Below are positions 8,699 to 21,591 of a stretch of 64,000 nt of DNA, piece after piece. Below the pieces are notes generated by a model. It was not told the DNA's origin, ran no database searches, and saw nothing but the letters and a program-made list of their open reading frames with translations. The stretch's first letter is position 1; every line of letters starts with the position of its first letter. Origin of the DNA: an uncultured Planctomycetota bacterium (GTDB lineage Bacteria; Planctomycetota; Planctomycetia; Isosphaerales; Isosphaeraceae); the NCBI GenBank assembly GCA_963845755.1, contig CAWJTV010000033.1, positions 480,001 to 544,000 on the forward strand, given 5' to 3'. The translations under genes and the position numbers were made by a program.

Positions 8699-10501
8699 CT
8701 ACAGGGGAGAGGGCCGCGGGCCGGCGGCCTGGCGTGAAGGTCGGCGCAATGGGTTGTACGGCAGATTCTGTTGATACCCGGCGAGGCCGCGATAGTCGTG
8801 ACAGACCGCGATGTCCCATGCCCCCACGATGACGCCGCGCTCCCGGACCGTGATCCGTTCGATCGGCTCGATCCGGCCGATCACCCGCTTGTGGTAGAGG
8901 ATCGTGGCGTAATTGGGTGGCATGTTCGCGTCTTCGACCACCAGAAACGGCCGCCCCGCGAAGGCCGAAGGATCGTGGCGCGGGTTCGGGTGCCAGAGGT
9001 CATGCTGATTGACCGGGCGGGGCGTCATGCCGTAGTTCCAGCTCAGGCAATACGTCTCGGGCTGACCCGGCAGATAGAAGGACAGGGTTGAGGTGAGCGC
9101 ATAAGTCGGCGTCACGACGAATGGCCTGGCCCCCTGGCCTTCGAGGGTCTCCACGTGACGCTGAACGGCCTTCGCCAGCTCCTCGTGGCCGCGCATCCGC
9201 GCCGTCACGTCATACAAGCGCAGGGGTGCCCCGAATCGCTTCGTGGGAGCGGGCACCCAGCGAGCCACGATCGGGTAGAACCACTCGGTGTGATGGATGA
9301 CGGCGACCGCGGCGATGCAGAAGCCCCACGCCGCGACATAACCCCAGGCTTTCGCTCCACGATGGGCGAGCACTTCGCCGACCCGCCGACCCATCAGGAC
9401 CACCACCGCGACATAACCCGGCGCCATCCAGTTGGCCTCGGTCTCGCCCAGGATGCTGGCCGCCAGGCACGCGCACCAGATGACCCCCCAGAGGCAGAGG
9501 AGGTACAGCGTGCCGGCACGATTGGCGGTCGAAGCGTCATCCCGCTGCGAGTCGGCCGGAGTCGTTTGGTCGCTGGTCGACCAGACGTAGCGAACGGCCC
9601 CGACGATCGCCATCACCCCAATGACCCACCAGACTCCGCCCAGAACTCCCGCCTCCCCGCCGAGAAAGCTGAGCACCGGCCCGACGCCTCCCCAGGATGC
9701 CCGCTCGGAGAGTCCCACGCGATCGGCCAGTTGCGCGGCTCCGGCCCACCCGTGCTGGAGGTTCCAGATCAGAATCGGGGTCAGTCCCAGTCCGAGGGTC
9801 ATCGCGGACATGATCCAGAAGCCCGGCCGGCGCAGTTCACGGCGATGCGCCGGCGACAGCAGCAAGTACGCTCCGACCGATGCCGGCAACGCCAGGACGG
9901 AATACTTCGCCATGACTCCCAGGGCCGCCATCATTCCGGCGGCGACCCAGCCTCGAAGGTCATCGGTCCGGATCGCCCGGAACGCCCACACCGCGGCCCA
10001 GGTCCAGCAGCAGACCAGCGGGGTATCGGACGTGATCACCACGCCACCGATCGCGAAGACCGGGATCGCCGGTAGCAAGATCGCCGCGAACATCCCGGAC
10101 CGGCGCGAGGCCAGCGTCAACGACCCCAGGCGGAAGATCCCCCAGGCCGTCAACCCGCCCAGCAGGACCGCCGGCAGCCGGGCCGCGAACATCAGCGAGC
10201 CCGTCAGCTTCAGGCTCAACCCCCCGAACGCCGCGGTCGCCAGCCGGATCAGCCAGGCGATCAGCGGACCGCGGGAATAGTAGCTCCAATCCAGGTGCCG
10301 CGACCACGCCCAGTATTCTGCCTCGTCCCCCGAGAAATCCCAGTCGCAACCGACCAGCAAGAACAGGACCTGGCATGCCATCACGGCCAGGATCGCCGCG
10401 AGCGTCCACCGGCCGTAAACATCGGTGTCCTTGCCGTGGGACACGGCCGGCCGCTGGCGTCGGCTGACCGCGCTCGCCGCGCGTTCGGCTAACTGTGACA
10501 T
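8699..10501 (-). CDS. GT-C glycosyltransferase family 39 (ArnT/PMT_2-like)
   Basis: DEAEYWAWSRHLDWSYYSRGPL, TSDTPL, AKYS, PILIWN; many TM helices. Confidence 0.88.
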   Translation of the reverse strand: MSQLAERAASAVSRRQRPAVSHGKDTDVYGRWTLAAILAVMACQVLFLLVGCDWDFSGDEAEYWAWSRHLDWSYYSRGPLIAWLIRLATAAFGGLSLKLTGSLMFAARLPAVLLGGLTAWGIFRLGSLTLASRRSGMFAAILLPAIPVFAIGGVVITSDTPLVCCWTWAAVWAFRAIRTDDLRGWVAAGMMAALGVMAKYSVLALPASVGAYLLLSPAHRRELRRPGFWIMSAMTLGLGLTPILIWNLQHGWAGAAQLADRVGLSERASWGGVGPVLSFLGGEAGVLGGVWWVIGVMAIVGAVRYVWSTSDQTTPADSQRDDASTANRAGTLYLLCLWGVIWCACLAASILGETEANWMAPGYVAVVVLMGRRVGEVLAHRGAKAWGYVAAWGFCIAAVAVIHHTEWFYPIVARWVPAPTKRFGAPLRLYDVTARMRGHEELAKAVQRHVETLEGQGARPFVVTPTYALTSTLSFYLPGQPETYCLSWNYGMTPRPVNQHDLWHPNPRHDPSAFAGRPFLVVEDANMPPNYATILYHKRVIGRIEPIERITVRERGVIVGAWDIAVCHDYRGLAGYQQNLPYNPLRRPSRQAAGPRPSPL

Positions 10502-10776
10502 GACTTTGCGATTCCCAAATCGCCTCGGTCAAGCAAGCAATAACCCAGCTTGACCAAGCTGACAGGTCCGATTGACTCCATCGTCGTGCGCAGGGATTGG
10601 CTGCGCGGAATGGTCGACAGAATCGTTATCGGCAGTCCGATTCGTCAACTCGAAAAAATCAGAGATTCATGGTTGGTTGGGAGCGGATGCAAGCAATCGG
10701 CGATGGTAACCTGGACGGAGTCGTGCCTCCCGGATCGTGTCGTCCGCCTTAGCTTCTGGGTCAGGAGCATCGTTCC

Positions 10777-12309
10777 ATGAAATCGCCGCAGTCGACTCTC
10801 ACATTCGCCGCAGGCTGGCTTCTCGTGCCATTGCTGACGATCGGCTCCCCGCCGGCGCAACCGCCTCCCGACAATCGTCCACCAGCCCATGCCGAGGACA
10901 GGGCCCGCAACCAGGACCTCCTCCAGATCGTCGCGGAGACGCTCAAGACACTCGACGAATCAGACAACAAGCCCTTCTACTATTCCCGGACATTGGGATA
11001 CATCGCGGAAGCCCAAGTGAAGCTCGGAGACCGGGAGGCGGCCAAGGCAACCTTGCGTCGGGCGGCCCGGTTAGCGGCCGCGGCGAACCAGGCGGCGGAC
11101 GACAACTCCCGGGGACTCCCGAGGGCGTATCAACTCTGGGAAGTCGGCCACTCCCAGTTGCAACTGGGCGACAAGGAAGCGGCGATGGAGACCCTACGCC
11201 TCGCGCTCAAGGCCAGGGATGAGCAGAATTCGAACTATTTCCGGGTCATGACGCTGGCCCGGATCGCCAGGGAGTTCACGGGGCTGGGCGCCCACGATGA
11301 AGCGCTCAAGGCCGTCAGCTTGGCGGACATCCACCATGCGGCCGGAGGAGGTAGGGACGACGAGATCGTCGTGCCGGAGGTCGCCGCAGCCCATGCCGCC
11401 GCCGGCGACATTGATGGTGCCTTCGGGGTCCTGGATCGTGTCGTAGCCGGTGCGCAACCTCTCCAGGTCAAGCAGTTCGTCATCGGCCGTGCCCTCGGCA
11501 AGATTGCCGAGGCCGTCGAGATGGCCGATCGGGCGACGATCCGAGCCGCTCTGGATCGGGTACGGCGTCGGCTCGATACGATGCCGGATTCCGGATTGAA
11601 GGACACGGCCCTGATCGAGATTCCCCTCGCTCTGGCCAGGATCGGAGACTTTGAAGAAGCGATGCAGGCCGCCAGCCTCAACCCTGGACCCCACCGTGCG
11701 GTCGCCGCCATGCTCCGGATCGCTGGCGTCCAGAACCAAGCCGGAGATCGGGAAGGGGCTCGCAAGACCTTGCACGAGGCGTACGAGACAGCCAAGAGGG
11801 CCCGTGAACCGTTCCGGAGTGAAAGTCGATTGGACTACATCGCATCAGGAATGATCGATTCGGGTGATCTTGACGGGGCCTGGCGATGCGTCGATGACCT
11901 GAAGCCCGGCGAGCGCTCTGAGACCCTGGCCAAGATCGCAGTGTCACAAAGGAAACGGGGTGATCAGGAGGCGGCTGACAAGACATTCCGTCGCGCCTTG
12001 CTGGATGCCCGCTCCCGTCACGGAGTCCAGCCCCGGTCGGACGAGATCCCGAAGGCGATCGCCAAGGTCCAGGCGATGATGGGCGACTACGACGCCGCAC
12101 GCAAGGCAACTGATGGGATCTCGGACCCGATTTCGCGCGCCACAACGCTCGCGGAGATCGCGCGCGCCCAGGCCGCGGCCGGCGATGCCCGAGGCGCCCT
12201 CGAATGGTGCCGGAAACACGAGCTTCCGCCCAAGACCCAGAACCCCTTGGAGAGTGTTATCCAGGGCATCGGCGATTTCGCCGACGCCCTGGCCAAGGGG
12301 GCGCCTTGA
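10777..12309 (+). CDS. secreted TPR-like alpha-helical repeat protein
   Basis: signal peptide; repeated IA.AQ..xGDxxxA units. Confidence 0.75.
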   Translation: MKSPQSTLTFAAGWLLVPLLTIGSPPAQPPPDNRPPAHAEDRARNQDLLQIVAETLKTLDESDNKPFYYSRTLGYIAEAQVKLGDREAAKATLRRAARLAAAANQAADDNSRGLPRAYQLWEVGHSQLQLGDKEAAMETLRLALKARDEQNSNYFRVMTLARIAREFTGLGAHDEALKAVSLADIHHAAGGGRDDEIVVPEVAAAHAAAGDIDGAFGVLDRVVAGAQPLQVKQFVIGRALGKIAEAVEMADRATIRAALDRVRRRLDTMPDSGLKDTALIEIPLALARIGDFEEAMQAASLNPGPHRAVAAMLRIAGVQNQAGDREGARKTLHEAYETAKRAREPFRSESRLDYIASGMIDSGDLDGAWRCVDDLKPGERSETLAKIAVSQRKRGDQEAADKTFRRALLDARSRHGVQPRSDEIPKAIAKVQAMMGDYDAARKATDGISDPISRATTLAEIARAQAAAGDARGALEWCRKHELPPKTQNPLESVIQGIGDFADALAKGAP

Positions 12310-12310
12310 C

Positions 12311-13621
12311 CTACTTCTCCAGCCGATGAATCGGATTGAGCACCAACCCCGTCAGGAGCTTGGGATAGAAGTACGTGCTCTTGGGCGGCATGGTCTCGAG
12401 GCCCGAGGCGATGGCTTCGACATGTTCCATCCGCGCAGGGGGGACGAGGCAGGCCAGGTCGCAGCCGCGAGCACCGACATCGTCGAGGACCTCGCGGAGC
12501 AAGTGGACATATCGACAAGACGGCGTCCCCATCGGCTTCAGAAGCGCGTCGAGCACGAGGACGTGGAGGATGCTGACCCCGAGGCTCCGCCAGTCGGGGC
12601 TATGCTCGGGAGCGAGGCGGTCCATGGCCACGTCGGAGCGCAGGCGGGCGACGAGCCATCGGCCGTCGGCCACCGTGCCGAACCCGAGCAGGTCCTGTTC
12701 ACCGCCCTGTTCGATGGCATCCCAGGCGGCCCGACAGCCGGCCTCGGCCTCGCCGGTCATGGTGACTTCAAACTCGGGCTGGAGTCGCGCGGTGAGTGCT
12801 TCGGCCGTGAGACCGGGAAAGCCGGAGACCAGCCGGTGCGTGGGCAGGATCAATAGACCGGGGTCGCTCATGCCGACCAGCATCATGAGGCAGAAGTTCG
12901 ACGGGTCGTCGTCGCCGGATGAGGCGCCGGACTGCTTCCGTTCATCGCGGTATTTCAGACCGGTCTCGTAGCGATGATGTCCATCGGCGATGAAGACCGG
13001 CTTGCCGGCCATGAGGCCGCGGATCGCCGTGTGAGTCCGAGGATCGTCGACGATCCAGAGCCGGTTCTCGACCCCGAGATGATCGGTCGCAACCATCGGC
13101 GTGCGGTCGCGCACGCCGGCCTCGATGGCGCGTACCACCTCACCATCGGCGTCGGGATAGAGCCCGAAGATGGGGCTGAGGTTGAATCCGGTCGCGTGGT
13201 AGAGGGCCAGCCGGTCGGCCTTGGGGCCGGACAGCGTCTGCTCGTGCGGATAGATCTTCCCCTGGCCGAACGGCTCGAGCCGCACCCGGGCCAGGAAGCC
13301 CCGGCGCGTGTGCGTCTGCCCTTCGACCTGGAATGTCTGTTCGTAGACGTACAGCGCGACGTGGTCTTCCTCGCGGAGGACGCCCTGGCGCAGCCAGTCC
13401 TTCAGGATCCGGGCGGCACGCGTGTAGCGGCCCTGGGCTTCGGTGTCGCCGGGCTCCTCGCGGTTGAGTTCCAGCCGGATCACGTTGTACGGGCTGGCCT
13501 GATAGAGCCGGTCCTGCAAGGCCGGGTCGATCACGTCATAGGGTGGGGCCACCACGTCGGATAGTGCCCCCACCCGGGCAACATCGAAGCGGACGCCATG
13601 GAACGGACTCACGTCGGGCAT
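12311..13621 (-). CDS. DUF1015 family protein
   Basis: APPYDVI, PHEQT, FIADGHHRYET, ILPTHR, MPPKSTYFYPKLLTGLV. Confidence 0.92.
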   Translation of the reverse strand: MPDVSPFHGVRFDVARVGALSDVVAPPYDVIDPALQDRLYQASPYNVIRLELNREEPGDTEAQGRYTRAARILKDWLRQGVLREEDHVALYVYEQTFQVEGQTHTRRGFLARVRLEPFGQGKIYPHEQTLSGPKADRLALYHATGFNLSPIFGLYPDADGEVVRAIEAGVRDRTPMVATDHLGVENRLWIVDDPRTHTAIRGLMAGKPVFIADGHHRYETGLKYRDERKQSGASSGDDDPSNFCLMMLVGMSDPGLLILPTHRLVSGFPGLTAEALTARLQPEFEVTMTGEAEAGCRAAWDAIEQGGEQDLLGFGTVADGRWLVARLRSDVAMDRLAPEHSPDWRSLGVSILHVLVLDALLKPMGTPSCRYVHLLREVLDDVGARGCDLACLVPPARMEHVEAIASGLETMPPKSTYFYPKLLTGLVLNPIHRLEK

Positions 13622-13640
13622 CGGACTTCCATTCTCCTGG

Positions 13641-13706
13641 AGTCAGTAGTCAGCTCAGAAAGACCGAAGGGGCTCACTGATTACTGACTACTGACTACTG
13701 ACCACT
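13641..13706. repeat. heptamer (AGTCAGT/ACTGACT) STRR-like inverted repeat pair
   Basis: AGTCAGTAGTCAG ... ACTGACTACTGACTACTGACCACT; the same family recurs near 15095 and at 40628-40765. Confidence 0.6.
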
Positions 13707-13717
13707 GGGGAAATGGC

Positions 13718-15220
<1,503 letters not shown>

Positions 15221-15547
15221 CTACCATCGCTCGGGTGTGCTCCGGGCCAGGAGCAGCCGGAGCGTCTTGCGATGCTCCCAGTCCATCCAGTCCAGCGGCC
15301 CGGGTTCGGGGTGAGGCACCGAGGCGGAATTCAACAAGTCGGAAAGGGCCAGCCCATAAGCACGAGCCTGCGTCGAGACCATCGGAGTGTAGCGTTCCAC
15401 CAATGCGGTGAATCGCTCCCAGTCCGATTCCGACATCGCCACTCGAAGCGCCTTGCTGGTCCATTCTTCGGGCAACGGAGGATGCAACGGCCGCAATCCA
15501 CGCTCCTGTCCAGGACTCCGACGACGACCCAGGCGATCGCGTTCCAT
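15221..15547 (-). CDS. hypothetical protein (108 aa)
   Basis: SD-like GAGGGGAG before ATG15547; co-oriented between GH5 and ahcY; no recognisable motif. Confidence 0.5.
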   Translation of the reverse strand: MERDRLGRRRSPGQERGLRPLHPPLPEEWTSKALRVAMSESDWERFTALVERYTPMVSTQARAYGLALSDLLNSASVPHPEPGPLDWMDWEHRKTLRLLLARSTPERW

Positions 15548-15658
15548 GGCTGAAGAGCTCCCCTCATTCTGAGGTTGCCGGATCTCGTTTCCATCCACGT
15601 CGGGAGGGGAGTCTAACACACGCGTACGCGTGTATCAAGAGGGTGCTGTTGGAAATCC

Positions 15659-17366
15659 TCAATTCGCCGGTGCCGTGACTTTGAGATGAATCGTCATGGC
15701 AGTCGGGGCGCGGCAGACGAGGAGTTGCCGGGCCAGGTCGCGATGCAAGGTCACGCCCTGGCCGACCACCTCGACGCGGGTCCCGGCCGGGAACAGGGCG
15801 GTGGGGACGAAAATCTCGGTCTGCGCCGCGATCGGGGTCGTGATTCCAGTCGAACTCGAACCCGCACGGGCGGCCAGAGGGACCGGACGCCTCGTAACAG
15901 AATCGTAACGGCATGCCGGCAGTCGCACGTGGGTAGGCTCGAGGGCGGAAGTTCGGCCGCAACGTCCCCGAAGGGTCGAGGATGTTGAAATCCTCGGCGT
16001 TCCAGCCATCCTTGGTCTGGGCATTCCAGCGCGGGGTATAGTTCCACTGGGCACCCGAAGCCAGGCAGGCATCGAGGCGGTCATAGATCGCACTCACATA
16101 ATCCCCGGCCCGGACCGCCTCCGCACAGACGCCGAACTCTCCCAGGAACAGCGGCGTGTCCCAGCTCTGGGCCGTCGCCGACATGTTGGCGAAGGCCCGA
16201 TTCATCGCCAGCGTGGTGCCATGCCAGCGGCCGAGCACCACGGTGATCGGCCGGTAGTAGTGGGGTGCATAGGCGACCTGCCCGAATTCGGGTCGGGGCA
16301 AACGCGTCGCCAACCCACAATTGGTGGAAAGATGTCCTTCGAGGAACACGATGGCCGAGTGATGGGCCGATTGAATGACCCGGGCTGCGTCGCGGTAGAG
16401 CGGAGCGAGCTGGGTGCGCTCGTCGCCCCACGGCTCGTTCAACAGGTCGTAACCGATCACGCCGGGCTCCCGGGCGAACTCGGCGGCCGCCCGGCCGACC
16501 ATCGCCAGATACCGCGTCCGGACGCCGTGACAATCCGAGAAGAAGTCGGCGAACGACTTGTGCGTCGTCGGGTCGGTAGCCATCAGGACCGCCCAGTTCT
16601 TGCAGGCCGGGCCGTTGTCCGGTTTCGAGGCCCGACCTCGCGGCGAGACCGCCCAGCCCGGGAAGCCGTCGCCGGCACCACGAGATGCGAACCGGGAGAA
16701 GCCGTCCTGATGGAAGTCGATGATGATCGCGATGCCCCGCTCCCGCGCCGCCGCGACGACCGCACGCAAGTCGCTCACATAGCTGTCGTTGTACACGCCG
16801 GGTGCCGGCTCGTACGCCTCCCAGAGGAACAGCAGGCGGATCACGTTGAAGCCCAGGTCGCGCATCCGGTCGAGGTCGGCCGTGCTGGCACACGTCGAAA
16901 ACGGGGGCACCTTGGAATCGCCGGAGAGATTCACGCCGCGGAGGATCACCACGCGGCCCTGCGCATCCACAAAATGGCGCCCGGCGACCCGGAGCAGGGG
17001 GGTGTTTTCCGTCCGCACGCCAGTCGCCGGGGATGAAGCGACGAACCTCGTCAAAGATGTCTCATGAACGGATCGCTCCGGAATGCCGGCGCATCCCGTT
17101 GCGCCGAGCCCGACGATCAGCCCCACCACCGCACGCCAGAGCCGAGGGACCGAAGCCGTCTTGCCAGGCCGGGAAGATTCGCTAAAGTCCCGCAGGGTAA
17201 ACGGGATGACGGCCGGAGGCGAGATCCTGGCATCTCGGACGGTCGGAGGGGTTCGGTGGCGCACCGAGATCGGGCGCCACCGCGCAGCGGCGTGGCGTAG
17301 GGATGGCGGACACAGGAGAACTCCATTCCCCTGCGGAGGGATGTCGAATAAGGAGAGAAAGGCCAT
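15659..17366 (-). CDS. GH5 endoglycoceramidase-like glycoside hydrolase (start uncertain, frameshift near 15825)
   Basis: [32 protein letters not shown] (acid/base), YAPHYY, LGEFG (nucleophile), [10 protein letters not shown]-terminal TEIFVP in ORF 15659-16093. Confidence 0.88.
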
Positions 17367-17499
17367 GCCGCCGTCGTTGGCGGGGGCCGGGGGCCTGATG
17401 AAGGGCCCCGCGTGGTTTCTATCCGGACGGTATCTGGGAAAAGGGCTCGACGCTGTGCCACAGAATCCCGATTCAGCCTCGCCCGGAGCGGATTCGGCC

Positions 17500-18117
17500 G
17501 TGTCTCGGGACGAGGGATCCGTCACACAATGGATCGACGGCCTGAAAGTCGGCGACCCGCACGCCGCCCAGGCGCTCTGGGAGCGCTACTTCGGACGGCT
17601 GGTCCGGCTGGCGCGGGCCCGACTGGCACCTTGTGCGGGAGCCGATGAGGACGAGGAAGATGCGGCCCTGAGTGCCTTTGATAGTTTTTGCGCGGGGCTG
17701 GCCCGCGGACGGTTCCCGTTGCTGGCGGACCGCGAGGACCTCTGGCGGCTGCTGGTCGTGATCACCGCACGGAAGGCCGCGGCCCAGGTCGATCGGCGTC
17801 GGGCCTGGAAGCGTGGGGGACGGTGGTTGCGACCCGATCGCGGCACAACGGCCCGCGATCCCGGAGACCACGACGGCGACCCGATCGCCGAGCTGGTCGC
17901 CCGCGAGCCCACCCCCGAATTCGCCGCGATGATGGCCGAGGAGTTCCGTCGCCTCCTGGACCGACTGGGCGACGAGCAGCTCCGCCGCATTGCCCTCGAG
18001 CGGATGGAGGGCTACACCGCGGACGAGATCGCCGACCGGCTCGGCTGTGCGCGCCGGACCGTCGCCCGCCGCCTCGACCTCATCCGGCAACTCTGGGGCG
18101 AGGAGGAACCGCGATGA
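17500..18117 (+). CDS. ECF sigma-70 factor (kinase-associated planctomycete type)
   Basis: [34 protein letters not shown], sigma4 [27 protein letters not shown] overlap with the kinase. Confidence 0.9.
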   Translation: MSRDEGSVTQWIDGLKVGDPHAAQALWERYFGRLVRLARARLAPCAGADEDEEDAALSAFDSFCAGLARGRFPLLADREDLWRLLVVITARKAAAQVDRRRAWKRGGRWLRPDRGTTARDPGDHDGDPIAELVAREPTPEFAAMMAEEFRRLLDRLGDEQLRRIALERMEGYTADEIADRLGCARRTVARRLDLIRQLWGEEEPR

Positions 18118-19881
18118 ACGGCTCGACGCAGATCGCGTCCCCGACGATCCTGTCCCGCCGTGCGCCGGCCGACGACGCGGTCCGGATCGACGAGGCGTGC
18201 TGCCGTTTTGAAGCAGCCTGGCGCGAGGGCCTCACGCCGCGAATCGAATCCTTCCTGGATGTCGTCGCCGGTCCGGCCCGCTCCATCCTGCTCTTCGAGC
18301 TGCTCTCCCTGGAGCTCGAGCTGAGGAGCGCATGCGGCGAGGTGCCGATCGCGGACGATTACGGCCGACGCTTCCCCGACCAACGCGACATCGTCGAGCA
18401 CGCGTTCGGCCTGTGGTCTCGCGAGGCCAGACCGGCGCGTTCGTCGGCGAATGCCGTCTCGGTCACGGGTCCGGCTCCCGATCCCGCCCCCGTCCGGCGG
18501 GTTGGCGATTATGAGCTCGTGGAAGAGCTGGCCCGGGGCGGCATGGGAGTCGTTTACAAGGCGCGACAGCTCAGCCTCAACCGGATGGTGGCGCTCGAAG
18601 ATGATCCTCGCCGGGCCGTTCGCCTCGGAGGCCGAGATCCGCCGGTTTCGCGTCGAGGCGGAAGCGGCCGGCCGGCTCGATCACCCGCACATCGTCCCGA
18701 TCCTCGAAGTGGGGCGTCATCAGGACCACGCGTTCTACACAATGAAGCTGATCGACGGCGACGACCTGGGCCGGCACCTGCGCCGATTCGTCGGCGACCC
18801 GCGACGCGCCGCGACGCTGTTGGTCGCGATCGCCCAGGCAGTCCACCATGCGCATCGTCGCGGGTTGATCCATCGCGACCTGAAACCCTCGAACATCCTG
18901 ATCGATCCGGCGGGGCATCCCCACATCACCGACTTCGGGCTGGTCAAGCGGGCCGACGATGGGGCCAGCAGCCTGACGGCCTCGGGGGCCGTGCTGGGCA
19001 CGCCCTCGTACATGGCGCCCGAGCAGGCCGTGGGCGGACGGATCGGCCCCGCGGCCGACATCTACAGCCTGGGCGCGATCCTCTATCAGCTCCTGACCGG
19101 CCGGCCCCCGTTCCGGGCCGCGACGGTCGCCGAGACCCTCGCACAGCTCATCGAACAGGAGCCGACCCCACCCCGGCACTTGCGGCCATCGATCCCCGCC
19201 AAACTTCAACGGATCTGCTTGAAGTGCCTGGAGAAGAGGCCCGCTCGCCGTTATGCGTCGGCCGCCGACCTCGCCGAAGACCTCGATCGCTTCCTCCGCG
19301 GTGATGAGGTCCTCCCCGGCGGGTCCGGGCCGTCCCGGCGCCTCTGGCGCTGGGCGCGCCGCGAGCCGGAGTACGCCAGCCGGCTCGTCGGCCAGTCGCT
19401 GATCCTCGTGCTCACTCAGCTCAACTTCCTCCTGCACCATGCGCCCAACGCACGGATTCACTGGGGCGTCTCGATCGTCGAAGGATTGTGGCTGATTTCC
19501 GCCCTGGTCCTCCGCCGCTTCGCCCGCAGCGAGCGCGCCTCCGATGGCGTGCGCATGGCCTGGATGACGGTCGACGTCGCGCTCCTGACCGCCATCCTGG
19601 GGCTGCTGGGGGCCGTCAACAGCTCGCTGGTCCTCGGCTACGCCCTGGTGATCGCCGCCTCGGGGTTGTGGAATCGCATCCGGGTCGTCTGGTTCACCAT
19701 GGCGATCGCGATGCTCGGCTACGGTGCGCTGGCTTTCGATGCCTGGCGACGCGGTGGCCTGACCGACGGCAATCACTATCCGAATATCATCCTGCCCGTG
19801 CTGGTCGTCCTGGGCTTCCTCAACGGCCAGCATGTCCGTCGAATCCACGCGCTCTCACCGGTCGATCGAGACACAGTGTAG
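18114..19881 (+). CDS. Ser/Thr protein kinase with C-terminal multi-TM domain (frameshift near 18597)
   Basis: N-terminal RIDEACCRFEAAW domain, ARGGMGVVY, HRDLKPSN, DFGL, GTPSYMAPE; hydrophobic C-terminus. Confidence 0.92.
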
Positions 19882-19937
19882 GGTGGGTGAAACCCACCAA
19901 GAAGTGGTCCGATCCCGGCGGGTTTCACCCACCCTAC
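19878..19937. repeat. GTAG-type REP doublet (GTAGGGTGGGTGAAACCCACC)
   Basis: inverted pair between convergent genes; near-identical copy at 57398-57457. Confidence 0.8.
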
Positions 19938-19967
19938 CAGGGCCGGATGTCGCCGGCGGGCCGCGGC

Positions 19968-20930
19968 TTATCCCTTCTGAGAAATATACACTTCCGGATT
20001 CTTGTGGACAAAGTGGATGTCGAGAGTCCGCAGGTAAGTATGCAGCCCGGCGTCCTGGATCGGCATCAGGTGGGCGGGCGCCCCCGACTCGTTATGGTGC
20101 GAGTGCCACAGCCCTGGAGGGGTCACGAACGCGGACCCGGGCTTCCAGTCGGCGCGCTTTCCATCGGCGATGTTCCCCTGATCGTCCAACCGATGGCCCA
20201 CCATCGTGTAGCAACCGGGCTTGCAATCGATGATGAAATCCAGGGCGACCGACTCATGATGGTGCGGAAGCTGGACGGCGCCGGCTGGCAAGACGCCGAA
20301 CATGGCCCAGATCACGTGGGTGATCGTCCGGGTCTGGGGGAATTCCCGATTGGCCAGGAGGACGCTGACCCGGCTCTTCTTCGCCGCGTCGGGGTCCTTC
20401 TCGACCCGCTCCAGCTCCATGGCGGCCCGCTCGCTCGGGTAGAGCGTCGGTCGGAACCGCGGGGTCGTGGCCTCGACCCCAAGGTAGCGGAGCAACGGTT
20501 CGTCGTGGACCCAGTAGAAGGCTGCGTCTTCGTGGGCGAAGTGCTCCGCCTGGCTCTGAGCGGGGAGCGTGAGGAAATCGCCCTGCTCCCAGGGAATCTC
20601 CTCGCCGTGGGCCCGCGTGCGGCCGGTCCCGCGGATGACATGGTACAGCTCCGAGGTCGCATTCGGCGACGTGCGGATCCGCTCGCCCGCAAGGATCCGG
20701 ATGAAGTTCGAACAGAGCGCGGGGCTCGAGGCCGGGCCGGCACACTTCAGCTTCTCGCTGAGGTCGAACGGGATGATCCGCGTCGGCCCACTCTCGTGCA
20801 ATTCGCGGGGAAAGTCGGCCATCGGGACCTTGGGAATCAGCCCCGCAGCGATTGGGTTGGCGGCCTTGCTGTACTCGTAATACAGCCCGTCCTCGGTCCA
20901 GCGGCCTGCGTCACGATTCGTTTCGGGCAT
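19968..20930 (-). CDS. bicupin protein, gentisate 1,2-dioxygenase-like
   Basis: two cupin barrels: ELYHVIRGTG..WEQGDFLTLP and PHHHES..WKPGSAFVTPPGLWHSH; IQDAGL. Confidence 0.8.
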   Translation of the reverse strand: MPETNRDAGRWTEDGLYYEYSKAANPIAAGLIPKVPMADFPRELHESGPTRIIPFDLSEKLKCAGPASSPALCSNFIRILAGERIRTSPNATSELYHVIRGTGRTRAHGEEIPWEQGDFLTLPAQSQAEHFAHEDAAFYWVHDEPLLRYLGVEATTPRFRPTLYPSERAAMELERVEKDPDAAKKSRVSVLLANREFPQTRTITHVIWAMFGVLPAGAVQLPHHHESVALDFIIDCKPGCYTMVGHRLDDQGNIADGKRADWKPGSAFVTPPGLWHSHHNESGAPAHLMPIQDAGLHTYLRTLDIHFVHKNPEVYISQKG

Positions 20931-21315
20931 GGGACAACTCCGGTTCGTTGGGATGGTTGGCGTTTCGAGTGTCGCACTCGATTGTCCACGGCGTTTCCGC
21001 GCGCGCCGGCTCGCGACTCACCGTGGCCGCATCGTGTTCCGAAGATGGTCCGCCCTTGATCCACCAGCGATGAATCGCCAGCGCCAGACCGAGAGTATTG
21101 GTGACGACCAGGCAGGCATTGAGCACGAAGTACACCCAGTTGCCCAGCATCCAGCTATAGACGACCTGGCCGGTGACTCCGACGAGAGCCAGGATGAAGA
21201 ACCAGAGGGTTGAGGCGGGTGCGTGTTCGTGCCGATTCTCCCACTGCTTGAAGGCTTGCAATCCGAACGTGGGTAGCAAGACCATGGCGCTGCCCCACCC
21301 GATGATCTCTCTCAT
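20911..21315 (-). CDS. PQ-loop/SemiSWEET-like small membrane protein
   Basis: SD GGAGG before ATG21315; three TM helices IIGW..Q..KQW, FF..VVYSWMLGNWVYFVLN; 3' end uncertain. Confidence 0.7.
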   Translation of the reverse strand: MREIIGWGSAMVLLPTFGLQAFKQWENRHEHAPASTLWFFILALVGVTGQVVYSWMLGNWVYFVLNACLVVTNTLGLALAIHRWWIKGGPSSEHDAATVSREPARAETPWTIECDTRNANHPNEPELSHARNES

Positions 21316-21591
21316 GACCTGGCCTCCCCTGAAGTGAGCCGGGCGGCCGTAGGCCACCACAAGAAACGGGGGAAATCCTCCGAATCCTCCGGACGATGCC
21401 GGCGAATCCGATTTCCCATCCTTGCAATTTGCGCTCCGGTCACTCAGATCCTGCGGCCTTCGCAAGGATCGGGATGGCGAGAATCGCGGGGTGGTGTGCG
21501 GTGGCCTGGTACACCGATTGCATCTCGAAGCTCGCGGCGGTGGGTCGGCCTCCGGATGATTCGAATGCTCCGTTTTCCAGGTGGAACCGGC

